Positions 37,746-49,030 of a stretch of 64,000 nucleotides of DNA are shown here, one piece after another (positions within the stretch are counted from its first letter, which is position 1; every line of letters starts with the position of its first letter). Below the pieces are notes generated by a model, which worked only from the letters and a program-made list of their open reading frames with translations, did no database searches and was not told the origin of the DNA. The translations under genes were made by a program, and so were the position numbers. The stretch comes from Felis catus (lineage: Eukaryota): NCBI RefSeq assembly GCF_018350175.1, contig NC_058368.1, positions 214,894,001 through 214,958,000 of the forward strand. Direction: 5' to 3'.

Positions 37746-37792
37746 TTTACTGTGTATTTTAAAATTATTTCTTAGGTACCCATAAAAGAATT

Positions 37793-38002
37793 ATATTTAT
37801 TTATTTATTCATTCATTTATTTGTTGAGAAAGAGAGCATGATCAGGGGAGGAATAGGAGAAGGAGAGAGAATACAAAGCAGGCTTGGAACTGTCAGCACA
37901 AAGCCCAACTCATCAGGGCTCGACCCCACAAACCCTGAGTTCATGACCTGAGCCAAAACCAAGAGTTGAATGTTTAACTGACTGAGCCACTCAGGGACCC
38001 CT
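37793..38002 (-). mobile_element. CAN-SINE (older)
   Basis: Reverse-complement SINE with (TTTA)-type tail. Confidence 0.87.
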
Positions 38003-38154
38003 ATATTTGTTTTTTTTTTTAAATAATTATTTGATTTCTCAAATCTAGTATAAGAGCTATTTCAATTATTTCAGTTTTCAACTCTATAAATTCCCTTTTC
38101 CTATGTATGCTGATTTACTTTTTGTTTTTTCCTAGTGTCCTAAATTCTGGATTC

Positions 38155-38155
<1 letters not shown>

Positions 38156-38197
<42 letters not shown>

Positions 38198-38200
38198 TTA
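38156..38200. repeat. (TATT)n microsatellite
   Basis: Direct reading. Confidence 0.93.
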
Positions 38201-39329
38201 TTTGTTTGTTTACTTTTACTAAAATGTAACTGCTTTCATTTTATTCTAGTGCTTTATTTGGCATTATGTAAAAGAATTTTAAGTATTCCTGAATAATATT
38301 TTAACTGAATTATTGCTCAGTTTTTCTGGAAGAATAAATAGTAAGGTTTATGCCATGTATCTCTCCATGATAATAAAAGACATGATGCATTTTGAGACAT
38401 TTTTTAAATCTGTACTTTATTATTTGATTGATGCTGCTTAAGACAGATTCACTGGGCACAGTTTGGATAGTGCTTTGATCTTACTGTCATTTCATCATGG
38501 AGAGCCTTAGGGGCAATGCTGTTTCTGTCAAAATTAGCATGATTTCAAATTGCTATAATTTTCCCTTATTTAAATTATTTCTAAAAAGTAAAAAATGAAA
38601 GTGGTAAATATTAAAATTAAAAAAACACTTTGATTGTTATAGGACAACACATAGCTAAGATTAAGCCTACATTAGTAAATTATTTAAGCATAATTTCAAA
38701 AAGAAATTTAATTGTTATTTGTATTTGTAATTAAAAATTTGAGAAATGCAATGTCATGTAAAACTATACTCACTTAAAAATATTATGTATGTGCTAGCCT
38801 TTTTACTCTATAAGAACTGGTATCTCTGATTCTAAATTTTGAAATATAAGAACTCACTGCATGTATCAGCAGTGTTAGTATGATCTATATTTATATGTAC
38901 ACAACATGATTTCACACTAATATCACAAATTTCAATAACACACACATAATTTGTGTTATTTTTGCTTTTTCAAGCACATATATCTTGTTGGTCCACTTGA
39001 TCAAGCAGAGTTCTACAAAATGTGCATATGAGTGATAAAGCCTCTTTAAGAGAAGGAAACTTCAGTGCTTTCCAAAATTAGCATCTCTTATTCTGACCTC
39101 TTATCTGCATTCTGCTTTCATGAATGTGTATTGCCTGCTTCATATGTGACTGCCACTGTTCTCATACCTATGGATATCGCATGGAGTAAGAAGAAAACAA
39201 GCAACAAGCCGATTAATTCTCTGTGAGTTATTGTGAAAGGAGCCAGCCGGTAAATGCATAAATCTCTAATATTCTGCCAGGGGCAAACCTATGAAGTTTT
39301 GAAGCAGGGAAGAAAAATGAAGCAGGGAG

Positions 39330-39630
39330 AAAATTCTGCTTCCAGAAATGGTAAAAAACATCTTTTTAACCAACTCCCCTGCTGAGACTAACTAGGAAAG
39401 CAGAAAAAAATTGTTTTTAAATATCTATGTAAAGTTCCAAGGAAGTAAGGATTGTGACACCAAGATCTCAGCAAGAATGAAAGTCCAGCCAATAATCCCA
39501 ACATTCAGTATGGCTTTTCTCGTTGAGGCATTTGATCCAAATCAGAGACTAGAAATCTAAAGAGTGAATAGAGCCTTCAGCAAAATCATGGTGTTGATGA
39601 CCTATTAACATGATGGACCCTGATAACCAG
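39330..39630 (+). mobile_element. Probable 5' end of an ancient L1M/L1ME, continued after the young L1
   Basis: ttctgcttccagaaatgg...ccaactcccctgctgagactaactaggaaagc resembles ancient L1 5' termini; recall only. Confidence 0.45.
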
Positions 39631-39868
39631 CCCAAGCTTTCTTTTTTTTTTTTATATATATGAAATTTATTGACAAATTGGTTTCCATACAACACCCAGT
39701 GCTCATCCCAACAGGTGCCCTCCTCAATACCCATCACCCACCCTCTCCTCCCTCCCACCCCCCATCAGTTTGTTCTCAGTTTTTAAGTCTCTTATGCTTT
39801 GGCTCTCTCCCACTCTAACCTCTTTTTTTTTTTTTCCTTCCCCTCCCCATGGGTTCCTGTTAAGTTTC

Positions 39869-42800
39869 TCAGGATCCACATAAGAGTGAAACCATATGGT
39901 ATCTGTCTTTCTCTGTATGGCTTATTTCACTTAGCATCACACTCTCCAGTTCCATCCACGTTGCTACAAAAGGCCATATTTCATTTTTTCTCATTGCCAC
40001 GTAATATTCCATTGTGTATATAAACCACAATTTCTTTATCCATTCATCAGTTGATGGACATTTAGGCTCTTTCCATAATTTGGCTATTGTTGAGAGTGCT
40101 GCTATGAACATTGGGATACAAGTGGCCCTATGCATCAGTACTCCTGTATCCCTTGGATAAATTCCTAGCAGTGCTATTGCTGGGTCATAGGGTAGGTCTA
40201 TTTTTAATTTTCTGAGGAACCTCCACACTGCTTTCCAGAGCGGCTGCACCAATTTGCATTCCCACCAACAGTGCAAGAGGGTTCCCATTTCTCCACATCC
40301 TCGCCAGCATCTATAGTCTCGTGATTTGTTCATTTTGGCCACTCTGACTGGCGTGAGGTGATATCTGAGTGTGGTTTTGATTTGTATTTCCCTGATAAGG
40401 AGCGACGCTGAACATCTTTTCATGTGCCTGTTGGCCATCCGGATGTCTTCTTTAGAGAAGTGTCTATTCATGTTTTCTGCCCATTTCTTCACTGGGTTAT
40501 TTGTTTTTCGGGTGTGGAGTTTGGTGAGCTCTTTATAGATTTTGGATACTAGCCCTTTGTCCGATATGTCATTTGCGAATATCTTTCCCCATTCCGTTGG
40601 TTGCCTTTTAGTTTTGTTGGTTGTTTCCTTTGCTGTGCAGAAGGCTTTTTATCTTCATAAGGTCCCAGTAATTCACTTTTGCTTTTAATTCCCTTGCCTT
40701 TGGGGATGTGTCGAGTAAGAGATTGCTACGGCTGAGGTCAGAGAGGTCTTTTCCTGCTTTCTCCTCTAGGGTTTTGATGGTTTCCTGTCTCACATTCAGG
40801 TCCTTTATCCATTTTGAGTTTATTTTTGTGAATGGTGTGAGAAAGTGGTCTAGTTTCAATCTTCTGCATGTTGCTGTCCAGTTCTCCCAGCACCATTTGT
40901 TAAAGAGGCTTTTTTCCATTGGATGTTCTTTCCTGCTTTGTCAAAGATGAGTTGGCCATACGTTTGTGGGTCTAGTTCTGGGGTTTCTATTCTATTCCAT
41001 TGGTCTATGTGTCTGTTTTTGTGCCAATACCATGCTGTCTTGATGATGACAGCTTTGTAGTAGAGGCTAAAGTCTGGGATTGTGATGCCTCCTGCTTTGG
41101 TCTTCTTCTTCAAAATTCCTTTGGCTATTCGGGGCCTTTTGTGGTTCCATATGAATTTTAGGATTGCTTGTTCTAGTTTCGAGAAGAATGCTGGTGCAAT
41201 TTTGATTGGGATTGCATTGAATGTGTAGATAGCTTTGGGTATTATTGACATTTTGACAATATTTATTCTTCCAATCCATGAGCAGGGAATGTCTTTCCAT
41301 TTCTTTAAATCTTCTTCAATTTCCTTCATAAGCTTTCTATAGTTTTCAGCATACAGATCCTTTACATCTTTGGTTAGATTTATTCCTAGGTATTTTATGC
41401 TTCTTGGTGCAATTGTGAATGGGATCAGTTTCTTTATTTGTTTTTCTGTTGCTTCATTGTTAGTGTATAAGAATGCAACTGATTTCTGTACATTGATTTT
41501 GTATCCTGCAACTTTGCTGAATTCCTGTATCAGTTCTAGCAGACTTTTGGTGGAGTCTATCGGATTTTCCATGTATAATATCATGTCATCTGCAAAAAGC
41601 GAAAGCTTGACTTCATCTTTGCCAATTTTGATGCCTTTGATTTCCTTTTGTTGTCTGATTGCTGATGCTAGAACTTCCAGCAGTATGTTAAACAGCAGCA
41701 GTGAGAGTGGGCATCCTTGTCGTGTTCCTGATCTCAGGGAAAAAGCTCTCAGTTTTTCCCCGTTAAGGATGATGTTAGCTGTGGGCTTTTCATAAATGGC
41801 TTTTATGATCTTTAAGTATGTTCCTTCTATCCAGACTTTCTCAAGGGTTTTTATTAAGAAAGGGTGCTGGATTTTGTTAAAGGCCTTTTCTGCATCGATT
41901 GACAGGATCATATGGTTCTTCTCTTTTTTTTTGTTAATGTGATGTATCACGTTGATTGATTTGCGAATGTTGAACCAGCCCTGCATCCCAGGAATGAATC
42001 CCACTTGATCATGGTGAATAATTCTTTTTATATGCCGTTGAATTCGATTTGCTAGTATCTTATTGAGAATTTTTGCATCCATATTCATCAGGGATATAGG
42101 CCTGTAGTTCTCTTTTGTTACTGGGTCTCTGTCTGGTTTAGGAATCAAAGTCATACTGGCTTCATAGAATGAGTCTGGAAGTTTTCCTTCCCTTTCTATT
42201 TCTTGGAATAGCTTGAGAAGGATAGGTATTATCTCTGCTTTAAACGTCTGGTAGAACTCCCCTGGGAAGCCATCTGGTCCTGGACTCTTATTTGTTGGGA
42301 GATTTTTGATAACCGATTCAATTTCTTCGCTGGTTATGGGTCTGTTCAAGCTTTCTATTTCCTCCTGATTGAGTTTTGGAAGAGTGTGGGTGTTCAGGAA
42401 TTTGTCCATTTCTTCCAGGTTTTCCAGTTTGTTGGCATATAATTTTTCATAGTATTCCCTGATAATTGTTTGTATCCCTGAGGGATTGGTTGTAATAATT
42501 CCATTTTCATTCATGATTTTATCTATTTGGGTCATCTCCCTTTTCTTTTTGAGAAGCCTGGCTAGAGGTTTGTCAATCTTGTTTATTTTTTCAAAAAACC
42601 AACTCTTGGTTTCGTTGATCTGCTCTACAGTTTTTTTAGATTCTGTATTGTTTATTTCTGCTCTGATCTTTATTATTTCTCTTCTTCTGCTGGGTTTAGG
42701 CTGCCTTTGCTGTTCTGCTTCTAGTTCCTTTAGGTGTGCTGTTAGATTTTGTATTTGGGATTTTTCTTGTTTCTTGAGATAGGCCTGGATTGCAATGTAT

Positions 42801-43691
42801 TTTCCTCTCAGGGCTGCCTTCGCTGCGTCCCAGAGCGTTTGGATTCTTGTATTTTCATTTTCGTTTGTTTCCATATATTTTTTAATTTCTTCTTTAATTG
42901 CCTGGTTTACCCACTCATTCGTTAGTAGGGTGTTCTTTAACCTCCATGCTTTTGGAGGTTTTCCAGACTTTTTTCTGTGGTTGATTTCAAGCTTCATAGC
43001 ATTGTGGTCTGAAAGTATGCATGGTATAATTTCAATTCTTGTAAACTTATGAAGGGCTGTTTTGTGACCCAGTATATGATCTATCTTGGAGAATGTTCCA
43101 TGTGCACTCCAGAAGAAAGTATATTCTGTTGCTTTGGGATGTAGAGTTCTAAATATATCTGTCAAGTCCATCTGATCCAATGTCTCATTCAGGGCCCTTG
43201 TTTCTTTATTGACCGTGTGTCTAGATGATCTATCCATTACTGTAAGTGGGGTGTTAAAGTCCCCTGCAATTACCACATTCTTATCAATAAGGTTGCTTAT
43301 GTTTATGAGTAATTGTTTTATGTATTTGGGGGCTCCGGTATTCGGCGCATAGACATTTATAATTGTTAGCTCTTCCTGATGGATAGACCCTGTAACTATT
43401 ATATAATGTCCTTCTTCATCTCTTGTTACAGCCTTTAATTTAAAGTCTAGTTTGTCTGATATAAGTATGGCTACTCCAGCTTTCTTTTGGCTTCCAGTCG
43501 CATGATAAATAGTTCTCCATCCCCTCGCTCTCAATCTAAAGGTGTCCTCAGGTCTAAAATGAGTCTCTTGTAGACAGCAAATAGATGGGTCTTGTTTTTT
43601 TTATCCATTCTGATACCCTATGTCTTTTGGTTGGCGCATTTAATCCATTTACATTCAGTATTATTATAGAAAGATACGGGTTTAGAGTCAT
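39869..43691 (-). pseudogene. L1 ORF2 (APE endonuclease, RT, Cys-rich domain) with three frameshifts
   Basis: MTLNPYLSIIILNVNGLN start; GDFN, SDHN, LFADDM and [18 protein letters not shown] motifs; frameshifts at 43595-43602, ~40910 and ~40643; 892-aa uninterrupted core. Confidence 0.95.
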
Positions 43692-43741
43692 TGTGATGTC
43701 TGTATGTTTTATGCTTGTAGTGATGTCTCTGGGACTTTGTC

Positions 43742-44635
43742 TCACAGGGTCCCCCTTAGGATCTCTTGTATGGCTGGTTTAGTGGTGACAAATTCCTTCA
43801 GTTTTTGTTTGTTTGGGAAGACCTTTATCTCTCCTTCTATTCTAAATGACAGACTTGCTGGATAAAGGATTCTTGGCTGCATATTTTTCCTGTCTAGCAC
43901 CCTGAAAATCTCGTGCCAATTCTTTCTGGCCTGCCAAGTTTCAAAAGAGAGATCAGTCACGAGTCTTATAGGTCTCCCTTTATATGTGAGGGCACGTTTA
44001 CCCCTTGCTGCTTTCAGAATTTTTTCTTTATCCTTGTATTTTGCCAGTTTCACTATGATATGTCGTGCAGAAGATCGATTCAAGTTACGTCTGAAGGGAG
44101 TTCTCTGTGCCTCTTGGATTTCAATGCCTTTTTCCTTCCCCAGTTCAGGGAAGTTCTCAGCTATTATTTCTTCAAGTACACCTTCAGCACCTTTCCCTCT
44201 CTCTTCCTCCTCTGGGATACCAATTATGCGTATATTATTTCTTTTTAGTGTATCACTTAGTTCTCTAATTTTCCCCTCATACTCCTGGATTTTTTTATCT
44301 CTCTTTTTCTCAGCTTCTTCTTTTTCCATAACTTTATCTTCTAGTTCACCTATTCTCTCCTCTGCCTCTTCAAGCCGAGCCATGGTGGTTTCCATTTTGT
44401 TATGCATTTCGTTTAAAGCGTTTTTCAGCTCCTCGTGACTGTTCCTTAGTCCCTTGATCTCTGTAGCAAGAGATTCTCTGCTGTCCTGTATACTGTTTTC
44501 AAGCCCAGCGATTAATTTTATGACTATTATTCTAAATTCACTTTCTGTTATGTTATTTAAATCCTTTTTGATCAGCTCATTAGCTTTTGTTATTTCCTGG
44601 AGATTCTTCTGAGGGGAATTCTTCCGCTTGGTCAT
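43742..44635 (-). CDS. L1 ORF1p (coiled coil, RRM, CTD), intact, 297 aa from ATG
   Basis: MTKRKNSPQK...LKRNNIRIIGIPEEEE...YPASLSF...EILRGTL*, no interruption. The track's upstream start at 44674 is non-ATG. Confidence 0.95.
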   Translation of the reverse strand: MTKRKNSPQKNLQEITKANELIKKDLNNITESEFRIIVIKLIAGLENSIQDSRESLATEIKGLRNSHEELKNALNEMHNKMETTMARLEEAEERIGELEDKVMEKEEAEKKRDKKIQEYEGKIRELSDTLKRNNIRIIGIPEEEERGKGAEGVLEEIIAENFPELGKEKGIEIQEAQRTPFRRNLNRSSARHIIVKLAKYKDKEKILKAARGKRALTYKGRPIRLVTDLSFETWQARKNWHEIFRVLDRKNMQPRILYPASLSFRIEGEIKVFPNKQKLKEFVTTKPAIQEILRGTL

Positions 44636-45560
44636 TTTGGATAGTCCCTGGTGTGGTGAGGACCTGCAGGGCACTTCCCCTGTGCTGTGGTGTAGAACTG
44701 GAGTTGGTGGGCGGGGCCGCAGTCCGACCTGATGTCTGCTCCCAGCCCACTGCTGGGGCCACAGTCAGACTGGTGTGTGCCTTCTCTTCCCCTCTCCTAG
44801 GGGCGGGATTCACTGTGGGGTGGCGTGGCCCGTCTGGGCTACTTGCACACTGCCAGGCTTGTGATGCTGGGGATCTGGCGTATTAGCTGGGGTCGGTAGG
44901 CAAGGTGCACAGGGGCAGGAGGGGCAGGCTTAGATCGCTTTCCTTAGGTAATCCACTTCAGGAGGTGCCCTGTGGCAGCGGGAGGGAGTCAGATCCGCTG
45001 CTGGAGGTTTGGCTCCGCAGAAGCACAGAGTTGGGTGTTTGCGCGGAGCCAGCAAGTTCCCTGGCAGGAACTGGTTCTCTTTGGGATTTTGGCTGGGGGA
45101 TGGGCGGGGGAGATGGCGCTGGCGAGCGCCTTTGTTCCCCACCAAACTGAGCTCTGTTGTCAGGGGGCTCAGCAGCTCTCCCTCCCTTTGTCCTCCAGCC
45201 TTCCCGCTTTCTGAGCAGAGCTGTTAACTTATGACCTCCCAGACGCTAAGTCGCGCTTGTTGTAGGAACACAGTCCGTCAGGCCCCTCCGCTTTTGCCAG
45301 CCAGACTCGGGGGCTCTGCTTGGCCGGCGAGCCGCCCCTCCGCCCCGGCTCCCTCCCGCCAGTCCGTGGAGAGCGCACCACCTCGCCGCCCTTCCTACCC
45401 TCTTCCGTGGGCCTCTCGTCTGGGTTTGGCTCCGGCGACTCCATTCTGCTAATCCTCTGGCGGTTTTCTGGGTTATTTAGGCAGGTGTAGGTGGAATCTA
45501 AGTGATCAGCAGGACGTGCGGTGAGCCCAGCGTCCTCCTAAGCCGCCATCTTGCTGGATC
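44636..45560 (-). promoter_or_regulatory. L1 5'UTR internal Pol II promoter, CpG-rich, with YY1 site
   Basis: CAAGATGGCGGC (45542-45553, minus strand) at the 5' end; GC boxes near 45330-45360; visibly the most CpG-dense part of the window. Confidence 0.85.
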
Positions 45561-45779
45561 ACCACCCCAAGCTTTCAACTGGGCCATAAAGGGGCACAAA
45601 AAAAGATGAAGGTAACTGAAGAATTGGTCAGTCCTAAAAGACACCAAGACCAAGTTCAATTTATTGCAAACTGTATGTGGGTAAGCTTGTCTATGGCCAG
45701 TTGCTTTATAGAAGAAAAAAATATGTCCTCTTTGGAGAGGATATCTTGGGATTCTTTCATCGATGTTATCTAAAAGACA

Positions 45780-48200
45780 AACCCCACATATACAAAAAAG
45801 ATAATAATTGATCAAAAGGCACGTGCAATAACAGACAATAGAGACAAATCCATAGTATATCCAGATATGGCAGGACTTTAAATATATATAATTGTCAAGA
45901 AATTAAATGACAGGGTTGGGAATTTCAGGAAATAATTCAGAAGTGTAACAAAATATAATGGAATATCCAGCAATGAAAGAAACAATAATTGATATTAAAG
46001 CCTATCTGAATGATAAAGAATTAGCCAACTAGAAGATAAGTCAGTAGAGAATGTATATACTGAAGTGCAGAAAGATGAAATGAGGGAAACACATAAAAGA
46101 GCACAGGAGACCAAGACAATTTTAACATGTATACAATCTGGATCCAAGAAAATCTGGATCCAAGAAAATTTTAACACGTATACAATCTGAGTGCATAAGG
46201 AAAGGAGAGTGAGAATGGGTTTAAAGCAACACATGAAGAAATAATAGCTGAGAGTTTTTCTCAATTGTTTAGAACCCCAGGGAAAAAGGGGAAAAACACC
46301 AGCAGAAATGCAAAAAAATCTAGGTACATTACAGCAAGTCTCCTGAAACCAAAGGGCAAAGAAAGTTATGACAGTAGCCAAAGAAGAAAGACATATTATC
46401 ATAAAAAGATTAAAAGTAAGGCATATAGCTCATTTAGTAAGAGAAACACACGTAAACCAGAAAATAAGGAATGCTATTTAAAGTACTCAATAGAAAATAA
46501 CTGTCAAGTTGGAATGCTACCCCATAGGAAATATATTTGTTTGGGGAAGGTGGAACATCTAAGATTCCATATCCCAGATGTAAGTAGAAATGAAGAATTG
46601 TAAAATGATAAGCATGTGTGTAAATTGAAATGATTTTTTACTTGCATAAAACAATAACATTTTATCACGTTAGACATATAGAATTGAAATAGGTGAACAG
46701 AATGCAAGAGGATATTAATTAGAGTTATGTGTCCTAAGATCCTACGTTATTTAAGAGGTGAGTAATATACATTAAAGGAATGAGAAAAATATGAATTAAA
46801 TGAATCCTAAAGAATTTTTGTAATTTAAAATTTTTACTCTTAATTATTTTGAAAGAGAGAGTGCATGCAAGCAAGGTAGGATCAGAGGAAGAGGGAGAGA
46901 GAGAGAGAATCCCAAGCAGGCTCCACACTGACAGCACAGAGCCCAGTGCAGGGCTCAGTCTCATGAACCGTGAAATCCTGACCTGAGCTGAAATCCAGAG
47001 TTGGTTGCTCAATCCAGTGAGCAACCCAGGCACCCCATAAGGAATTTTTTTCTTTTTAATGAGAGGAAAAAGAACAAAGAAGAGATGCAAAATAAAACAA
47101 AACAAGTGGTAAGACTTGGCCTAAATTCCAATTCATCAGTATATAACAGAATAAAGAATATAGCTAAAATAGGAAGTTTTTAATATGGGATAAAAATAAA
47201 ATTATATGCTAATTATTATAATCACATGAAAATAGATGAATATATAAATTTGACAATAAAAATGAGGAAAAGCCAACCTTAACACAAAATTGATTTATAC
47301 TAAATATTAGACAAAGTAAACTGAAGGCAAAAAGCATTACTTTAAAAAAAGAGCGATTTTAAGATAATGAAAGTGTCAATCAATAGGAACATATAAGAAT
47401 TTTACATAATGTCATGGTTTTAAATGTGTACAGCAGAAGTCTCTAAGAGTAAGAAGAGAAATAAACCAGTAGGGTTCAGTAATCAATAGAACAGCGTAAA
47501 AAATCTGTAAGGATACAGAGGATTTGAAGAGCATAATAAACAAAATTGTTTAATTGCCATATATAACAATTAAACTCAACAATTGCAGAGCACACATTCT
47601 TTTTAAGTGCCCATGAAACACTGACAGAAATTATCCATATGGTGGGCTATCAAGCAAGTCAACACATTTCAAAACACTGATAAAATATGGAGTATTTCTC
47701 TGATCACAGTAAAGATGAGCTAGAAGTTAATATAGAAAAATAAGCACAAATCCCCATATATTTGGAAATTAATAGACTTAAAAATGATGGCTCAAAGAAG
47801 ATCAATGGAAATGATACAATGTTTTAAATGAATGGAAAATGGCATACTAGATATCATAACTTAAAGGATGTCATTGCAACAGTGCTTAAGGAGAAATACA
47901 GAGCTTAAAACATATTTTAATTATGAAGAAAGGCTTAAAGTCAGATTTCTATGCACCTACTTTAAATGAGTTAGAAAACAAACTGAAAATTATAAGAAGA
48001 AGAAATAACGAGGATAACAATAACTGTAAGAGAAAACAAACGTAAAATCGAAAAAACTAACAAATATGAAGTTGATTCTTTGAAAGGCGTGATTCAATTC
48101 TAAACTTTTAAGATGGCTGCATAAGAAAAAGAGATAAAACATCTATGCCAGGATTGACTCAGGAACATCACTACATCATAGAAGCATTCTAATATTTTCA
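45780..48200 (+). mobile_element. Ancient L1M/L1ME ORF1 and ORF2-endonuclease relic
   Basis: A-rich degenerate ORF1 (agaattagccaactagaagataagtcagtagag) and endonuclease blocks (caacaattgcagagcacacattctttttaagtgcccatgaaaca; ctctgatcacagt). Confidence 0.75.
46820..47037 (-). mobile_element. CAN-SINE
   Basis: Reverse-complement SINE ending acccaggcacccc. Confidence 0.9.
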
Positions 48201-48233
48201 AATATACCCTATTCTCATCATATTAACTTCTTA

Positions 48234-48465
48234 CATTTTTAATGCTTATTTATTTTTGAGAGAGAGAGAGAGAGAAAGAGAGCGTGCGCGCAAGCATGAG
48301 TGGGGAAGAGGCAGAAAGAGAGACAGAGGGGGACACTGAATGTGAAGCAGGCTCCGGGCTTTGAGCTATCAGCACAGAGCCCTGCATGGAGCCCCAACTC
48401 ACAAACTGCAAGATCATGACCTGAGCTGAAGTCAGATGCTTAACCTACGGAGCCACCCAGCTGCC
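48234..48465 (-). mobile_element. CAN-SINE
   Basis: TSD ctcatcatattaacttctt on both flanks (~48214-48232, ~48467-48485). Confidence 0.94.
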
Positions 48466-48529
48466 TCTCATCATATTAACTTCTTAAATCTCAGCATCAC
48501 ACTATTACTTTTGCATAAGTTTTAAAACA

Positions 48530-49030
48530 GGGCTGCAAATTCTTTGACACTCATTTCATTAAGATATGCAGATTTTTGTCCTTTTCCTTTCAACTTGGCT
48601 GAGTTTGTGAACACTTTGACGGATTAGGGCAGAAGTGATGCCATGTTACTTCCAAGGGCAGGTCATAAAAGGCCTTGCAGCTTCCTTCTTGTTTGCTGAG
48701 AACAGTCACACTTGGAGTTCTGAGCCCCCATGTAAGATGTCCAACTAATAAGAGTCTGCCGTCCTAGAAGGAAGTCAAACCCAGATAGAAAGGCCGTGTG
48801 TACTTGCTCTGGCCAACATCCAAGGTGTGCCCAGCCTTCAAGTAATCCCATGCCAGATGTTGGTGAAGAAGCCTCCAATGAGTTCAGTTTTCAATTCAGG
48901 AGTCACCCTTAGCTGTATTTACTCCCTGTGCTCCATCCAAATTCCTGACCCACAGAGTTTGTGAGCTTAACAAAATGGTTGCTCTGAATTTTGAGGTGGT
49001 TTGTAATTAAGCAACAGACACACAAAACAC
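48530..49030 (+). mobile_element. MaLR LTR (MLT1G/H-like)
   Basis: ggctgcaaattctttgacactc; ggcagaagtgatg; ggtcataaaaggccttgcagcttcc; aattcctgacccacagag; end aagcaacagacacacaaaaca. Confidence 0.75.

Larger units (their letters stand above)
39642..45560 (-). mobile_element. Full-length young felid LINE-1 (L1_Fc-like)
   Basis: TSD accagcccaagctttc (39626-39641) / accaccccaagctttc (45561-45576), TT/GAAA nick site, poly(A) tail, AATAAA at 39666-39671, 5'UTR, ORF1, ORF2. Confidence 0.98.

Noticed and set aside
43913..44438. Plus-strand 111-aa and 150-aa ORFs
   Set aside because: Antisense shadows of L1 ORF1; likewise the plus-strand ORFs at 40708-43052 shadow ORF2.
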